Part shown: piece after piece, positions 59,327-64,000 of the stretch | How the letters are laid out: each line of letters opens with the position of its first letter | Numbering within the stretch: position 1 is the stretch's first letter | NCBI GenBank assembly: GCA_964016885.1 | Contig: CAXHJY010000740.1 | Span: 18,026 to 82,025, forward strand | Direction of reading: 5' to 3' | Length of the DNA stretch: 64,000 nucleotides | Source: Eledone cirrhosa | Lineage: Eukaryota | Translations under genes and position numbers: made by a program | Notes under the pieces: model-generated | The model's database searches: none | Seen by the model: only the letters and a program-made list of their open reading frames with translations | Told to the model about the DNA's origin: nothing

Positions 59327-59521
59327 AACGAAGGAAATGTGGTAAGGAACCAGGTGGACCATAACGCACCAAAGTACTCAATACTTAGGGTAGTAGAGTG
59401 GGTAATAGGAACGAGTAGGACCCCGACGGCTGAGCTCAAGCCGTTTCGACGGCTAATTCTGGTCCAGAATTAGCCGTCGAAACGGCTTGAGCTCAGCCGT
59501 CGGGGTCCTACTCGTTCCTAT
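59327..59521 (-). mobile_element. Fold-back element family B, perfect ~58-bp arms
   Basis: TAGGAACGAGTAGGACCCC...CTAATTCTGG T CCAGAATTAG...GGGGTCCTACTCGTTCCTA. Confidence 0.9.
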
Positions 59522-59547
59522 ATATATATATATATATATATATATGC

Positions 59548-59592
<45 letters not shown>

Positions 59593-59688
59593 TATATACA
59601 CACATATATATATATATATACACACATATATATATACACACATATATATATATATACACACACATATATATATATATACACACATATA

Positions 59689-59720
<32 letters not shown>

Positions 59721-59721
59721 C

Positions 59722-59788
<67 letters not shown>

Positions 59789-59992
59789 TGTGAGAAAAAC
59801 CACAGACCCTCCATCTCAACTCTACTTTTGAAAAGTAGAAGAACTGCGAAACCGGTAAAGGAACAAAATAAATATATATATTTTTTTAAAAAATAAGACT
59901 CCAGTTGCATTTTCGATTTCATCTTTTTTTCTATATATATATATACATATACATATATACATATACATACATATATATTTACAGAAAAAAAT

Positions 59993-60568
59993 GTGCATGG
60001 ATACTTGAGGCGTAAAACACAGACCATAGAGGGGATAAACCACTCAAAAAGCCTGGCATGGAGTTCCGACAAGTTTATGACAGCACACCTTGAGGGATAT
60101 CTCTATGCAATACAGGAACAAGAACTCCCTACCAAATATCTACTGCACAAAAGAGGAGGGCCAACAGCTGACAATAAATGTAGGCTATGTAAAACAAAGA
60201 TCGAGGATGTAAGCCACATTGTTGCCAGCTGCGAAAGAATGTCATCTCGCTACTACCTCCCCATGAGACACGATGGGATAGCTAGAAACATCTGGAACGC
60301 ACTTCGGAAAACAAAATTAACAACAAACGAGGAAGAATATATTGAGACAGATGGCACTAAAGAATACTGGTGGAACCTGAAAATAAAAACTGCCACCAAA
60401 TTAAAGCACAACCGGCCTAATATTGTTGTTTGGGACCACACATTGAAAACGTGTTCTGTTGTGGAGATCAGCTGCCCACTTGATGTAAACGTTGTCAGAA
60501 AAATACAGGAGAAGGAGGACATCTACGGACCATTGATGAGGAGTTTACAAATCCAGTATCCAAGATAA
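59993..60568 (+). pseudogene. R4/Dong-like non-LTR retrotransposon C-terminal fragment (zinc knuckle plus restriction-like endonuclease)
   Basis: AIQEQ..T, CRLC..EDVSHIVASC (CCHC), RHD, HNRP(N)IVVWD...VEISCP...EK..Y; the catalytic PD is mutated to PN and the ORF is truncated. Confidence 0.88.
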
Positions 60569-61734
60569 AATCTAAAAATTTAAATAAGCGATGGGGTGGG
60601 AATGATTATTCGAGACCCGAAAGTAAGACCACGTGTAACTAAATGAAAGAAGTACAACGTTCGAAGGTTAACCATTTATTGGAATATATTTTTCCTGACT
60701 AATTTCAACTAATCATGATTCGTAGCACGCCCCCCCCCCCCCTCCATATATATATTTATTTATTTATAAAAAAGATGTAAGGAGCTTAGACGCAGTAAAT
60801 AACTGTAATTACAGTCAGTTGTTATAAAATAACTTATAAAAATCCCCTACACATGGAAAATGTTGTCAGCGGCTGCTATGAAGAATTGAACTCCGTATCT
60901 TCCAGATACTGGCTAGGTGTTCTAACAAATAACCCTTGATTTAGACGGTGGGATGTTGTCAGAGGTCCTTAACTATTACTTCGCGAACCGAACCCCAACC
61001 ATTAAGCCAGGCACCTTCACAAAACATTGAAAATATTACGTGATAAAAACAAGTTTGTAACCTTGGTTTCGTACACTGGAAGTCTCCGCCTCTGCAGACA
61101 CTAGAAATTGTTGCTTAATTGCAAGTGACTAATCACTAACTAATATATGTATTTAACTAAAATTATTTTGATTCGAACACTTCTATCGTATTATGTTTTA
61201 CCTGCCTTCATCTATATTTAGTTCCATTCACCATTCCATTCAGGAATACTAAAAGGTGATGTAATGTCGGAAAAGAAGTATATATGCAATGACACCCCCA
61301 CAGTTTACTAGTATTTATTACGAGTAGTGTCGTCGGATTAGGTTAGTGCAGGGGTTGTAATATATACTATAAAGAGGAGTCCTTAGTTGTTGTTTTTTTA
61401 GACGTAACATAGACAATATAGTGCTATAGTTTAAAGCACTCACCGTATGGCTCCTAAAAATGTAGGATTTGTAGCAAATGCTACTCTTGTTACTAGGTTA
61501 ATCGAGTGCTGATTATGAGTCAATGATATGCTAAAAATAGCAGCTAAATGTCCTTCTTGAACCACGAAAGATAGATAAGAGTATGTAATCCTAGGCATCA
61601 TTAAAATAATAAGATAACCACCACTGGAATGATTCTGATCACAGATCAACTTCCTCATATTGGTTGGCATATGGCTAAACAGGATTGACATATGCCTAAA
61701 CAAGATCTAACAGTACTTAATTGTGTTAGAATGG

Positions 61735-62046
61735 TTAAAACAGGACTCATCCTCCACCCACAAGGTTCACCCAGGCCTGTCTCTTCGCAAACGTGCCATA
61801 CCACTTATGCCCCCCCCCCCCCGACTATTTTTAGTGGGGCGTCATGAAGAAGGAGCTGAACAGCAGGCCCTCGCCAAGCCCTGCTCCGGTCCCGCCTGGA
61901 AAAAGTGTTGGCCGCCCCATCGAGTGATCTTTGTACGTTATATACATGCCTATCTGTGTCTAAAGTTTCATTGAAATATATTTAAAAAAACGCACGTTTT
62001 ATCATCCATTAATTTTTCCCCCGGATTTATCTGCACCACATTGTAT
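61735..62046 (+). mobile_element. Degenerate Tc1/mariner transposase 3' remnant with right TIR
   Basis: QDSSSTHK (cf. QDxAPxH), PDYF*WGVMKKELNSRP, RLEKVLAA; ends CCGGATTTATCTGCACCACATTG-TA. Confidence 0.65.
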
Positions 62047-62490
62047 ATAAGGAGTGTGTCAACGTGCTAAGAGGTTGGAGATAATTCAGTAATTAAAACA
62101 ACAACAATAACCTAAAAACAAACATATTATAAATCACTAACAGATGGTGGGGAGCTGCGATAGTGTAATTGTATTGACGTGTAGTTAGAGGTCAATGGAC
62201 AACAAGTGACAAAGTTCAGTGTGTGTGGTGGTATTGAGTTTAAGCAAAGGAATTTAATTGCATGCAAGTGTATAGGTAGCTACAGGTTACTAGACAGTTC
62301 GGTGAGTGCGTGCGTGTGTGTATCGGTAAAGGTAACTGCTGTAGTGGAAAAAAAAATTGTGGTTTGGCACTTCAAAGTACAAAAACCACTGATTATAGAC
62401 TCAAATAACCCTTTTCACATCAACTCCCCCAATCCCTTCTGGCTCTGCTAAACAAAGCCACCCATTCAACAAGGTTTCGGGTTTCTATTT

Positions 62491-64000
62491 AGGAGGGAGG
62501 GAGGAGAGGAGAGGAGAGGAGGAGAGGAGAGGAGAGGAGGAGAGGAGAGGAGAGGAGGAGAGGAGATGAGAGGAGAGGAGAGGAGAGGAGGAGAGGAGAG
62601 GAGAGGAGGAGGCGGAGGAGAGGAGGAGAGGAGGAGAGGAGGAGGAGAGGAGGAGAGGAGGAGGAGAGGAGGAGGAGAGGAGGAGAGGGAGGAGAGGAGG
62701 AGAGGAGGAGGAGAGGAGGAGGAGAGGAGGAGGAGAGGAGGAGAGGAGGAGGAGAGGAGGAGGAGAGGAGGAGAGGAGGAGGAGAGGAGGAGGAGAGGAG
62801 GAGGAGAGGAGGAGGAGAGGAGGAGAGGAGGAGGAGAGGAGGAGGAGAGGAGGAGGAGAGGAGGAGAGGAGGAGGAGGAGGAGGAGGGAGGAGGAGGAGG
62901 AGGAGGAGAGGAGGAGGAGGAGAGGAGGAGGAGGAGAGGAGGAGAGGAGGAGGAGAGGAGGAGGAGGAGAGGAGGAGGAGGAGAGGAGGAGGAGGAGAGG
63001 AGGAGAAGAGGAGGAGGAGAAGAGGAGGAGGAGAAGAGGAGGAGGAGAAGAGGAGGAGGAGGAGAAGAGGAGGAGGAGAAGAGGAGGAGGAGAAGAGGAG
63101 GAGGAGAAGAGGAGGAGGAGAAGAGGAGGAGGAGAAGAGGAGGAGGAGAGGAGGAGAAGAGGAGGAGGAGAGGAGGAGAAGAGGAGGGGAGAAGAGGAGG
63201 AGGAGAAGAGGAGGAGGAGAAGAGGAGAGGAGGAGGAGGAGAAGAGGAGGAGGAGAGGAGGAGAGGAGAGAGAGGAGGAGGAGAGGAGGAGGAGGAGGAG
63301 GAGGAGGAGAGGAGGAGGAGGAGGAGAGGAGGAGGAGAGGAGGAGGAGGAGAGGAGGAGAGGAGGAGGAGGAGAGGAGGAGGAGAGGAGGAGAGAAGGAG
63401 GAGGAGAGGAGGAGGAGAGGAGGAGAGGAGAGGAGGAGAGGAGGAGAGGAGAGGAGGAGAGGAGAGGAGAAGGAGGAGGAGGGAGGGAGAGAGGAGGAGG
63501 AGAGGAGGAGGAGAGAGGAGGAGGAGGAGAGGAGGAGGAGGAGAAGGGAGGAGGAGAAGAGGAGGAGGAGAAGAGGAGGAGGAGAGAGGAGGAGGAGGAG
63601 GAGAGGAGTGAGGAGGAGGAGGAGAGGAGGAGGAGGAGGAGAGGAGAGGAGGTGGAGGGAGGAGGATGAGGAGAGGAGGAGAGGAGGAGGAGAGGAGAGG
63701 AGAGGGAGGAGGTGGAGGAGGAGAGAGGAGGGTGGAGAGAGAGGTGGAGGAGAGAGAGAGGAGGAGGAGGAGATGAGAGGAGGTGGTAGGAGGGTGGAGG
63801 AGAAGAGGAGGGAGGAGAAGAGGCGGTGGAGGAGAGGAGGTGGTAGGAGAGGTGGAGGAGGAGAGTGAGGAGGAGAGAGAGAGGAGGAGAGGAGAGGAGA
63901 GAGGAGAAGGAGAGGAGAGGAGAGGAGAAGGAGAGGAGAGGAGAGGAGAAGGAGAGGAGAGGAGAGGAGAAGGAGAGGAGAGGAGAGGAGGAGAGGAGAG
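62491..64000. repeat. (GGA)n/(GAGAG)n polypurine tract running to the window end
   Basis: Visible directly. Confidence 0.97.

Overview
This is AT-rich, repeat-dominated eukaryotic DNA, probably intergenic or intronic. The tRNA-derived SINE families resemble those of Octopus/coleoid cephalopods, which is my inference from recognising them, not a database result. No host protein-coding gene can be supported, and all long ORFs in the track come from tandem repeats or microsatellites. The window holds a 15.3 kb 50-bp satellite with a ~8.8 kb higher-order duplication, 24-, 30-, 45- and 47-bp minisatellites, kb-scale (TA)n/(GA)n tracts and many SINEs. It also holds decayed RTE, R4/Dong-like and Tc1/mariner coding remnants and hAT and Tc2-like MITEs. 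The most interesting signal is a dense set of about a dozen type I hammerhead ribozyme (HHR) motifs from several families, mostly in short Penelope-like (PLE) or retrozyme-like elements next to (TA)n or related microsatellite tracts. Many of these elements have fold-back arms whose breakpoints fall on ribozyme landmarks (the exact cleavage site or the stem II loop). Two divergent elements share an octamer-TATA-GGCAGG module at near-identical spacing upstream of the ribozyme.
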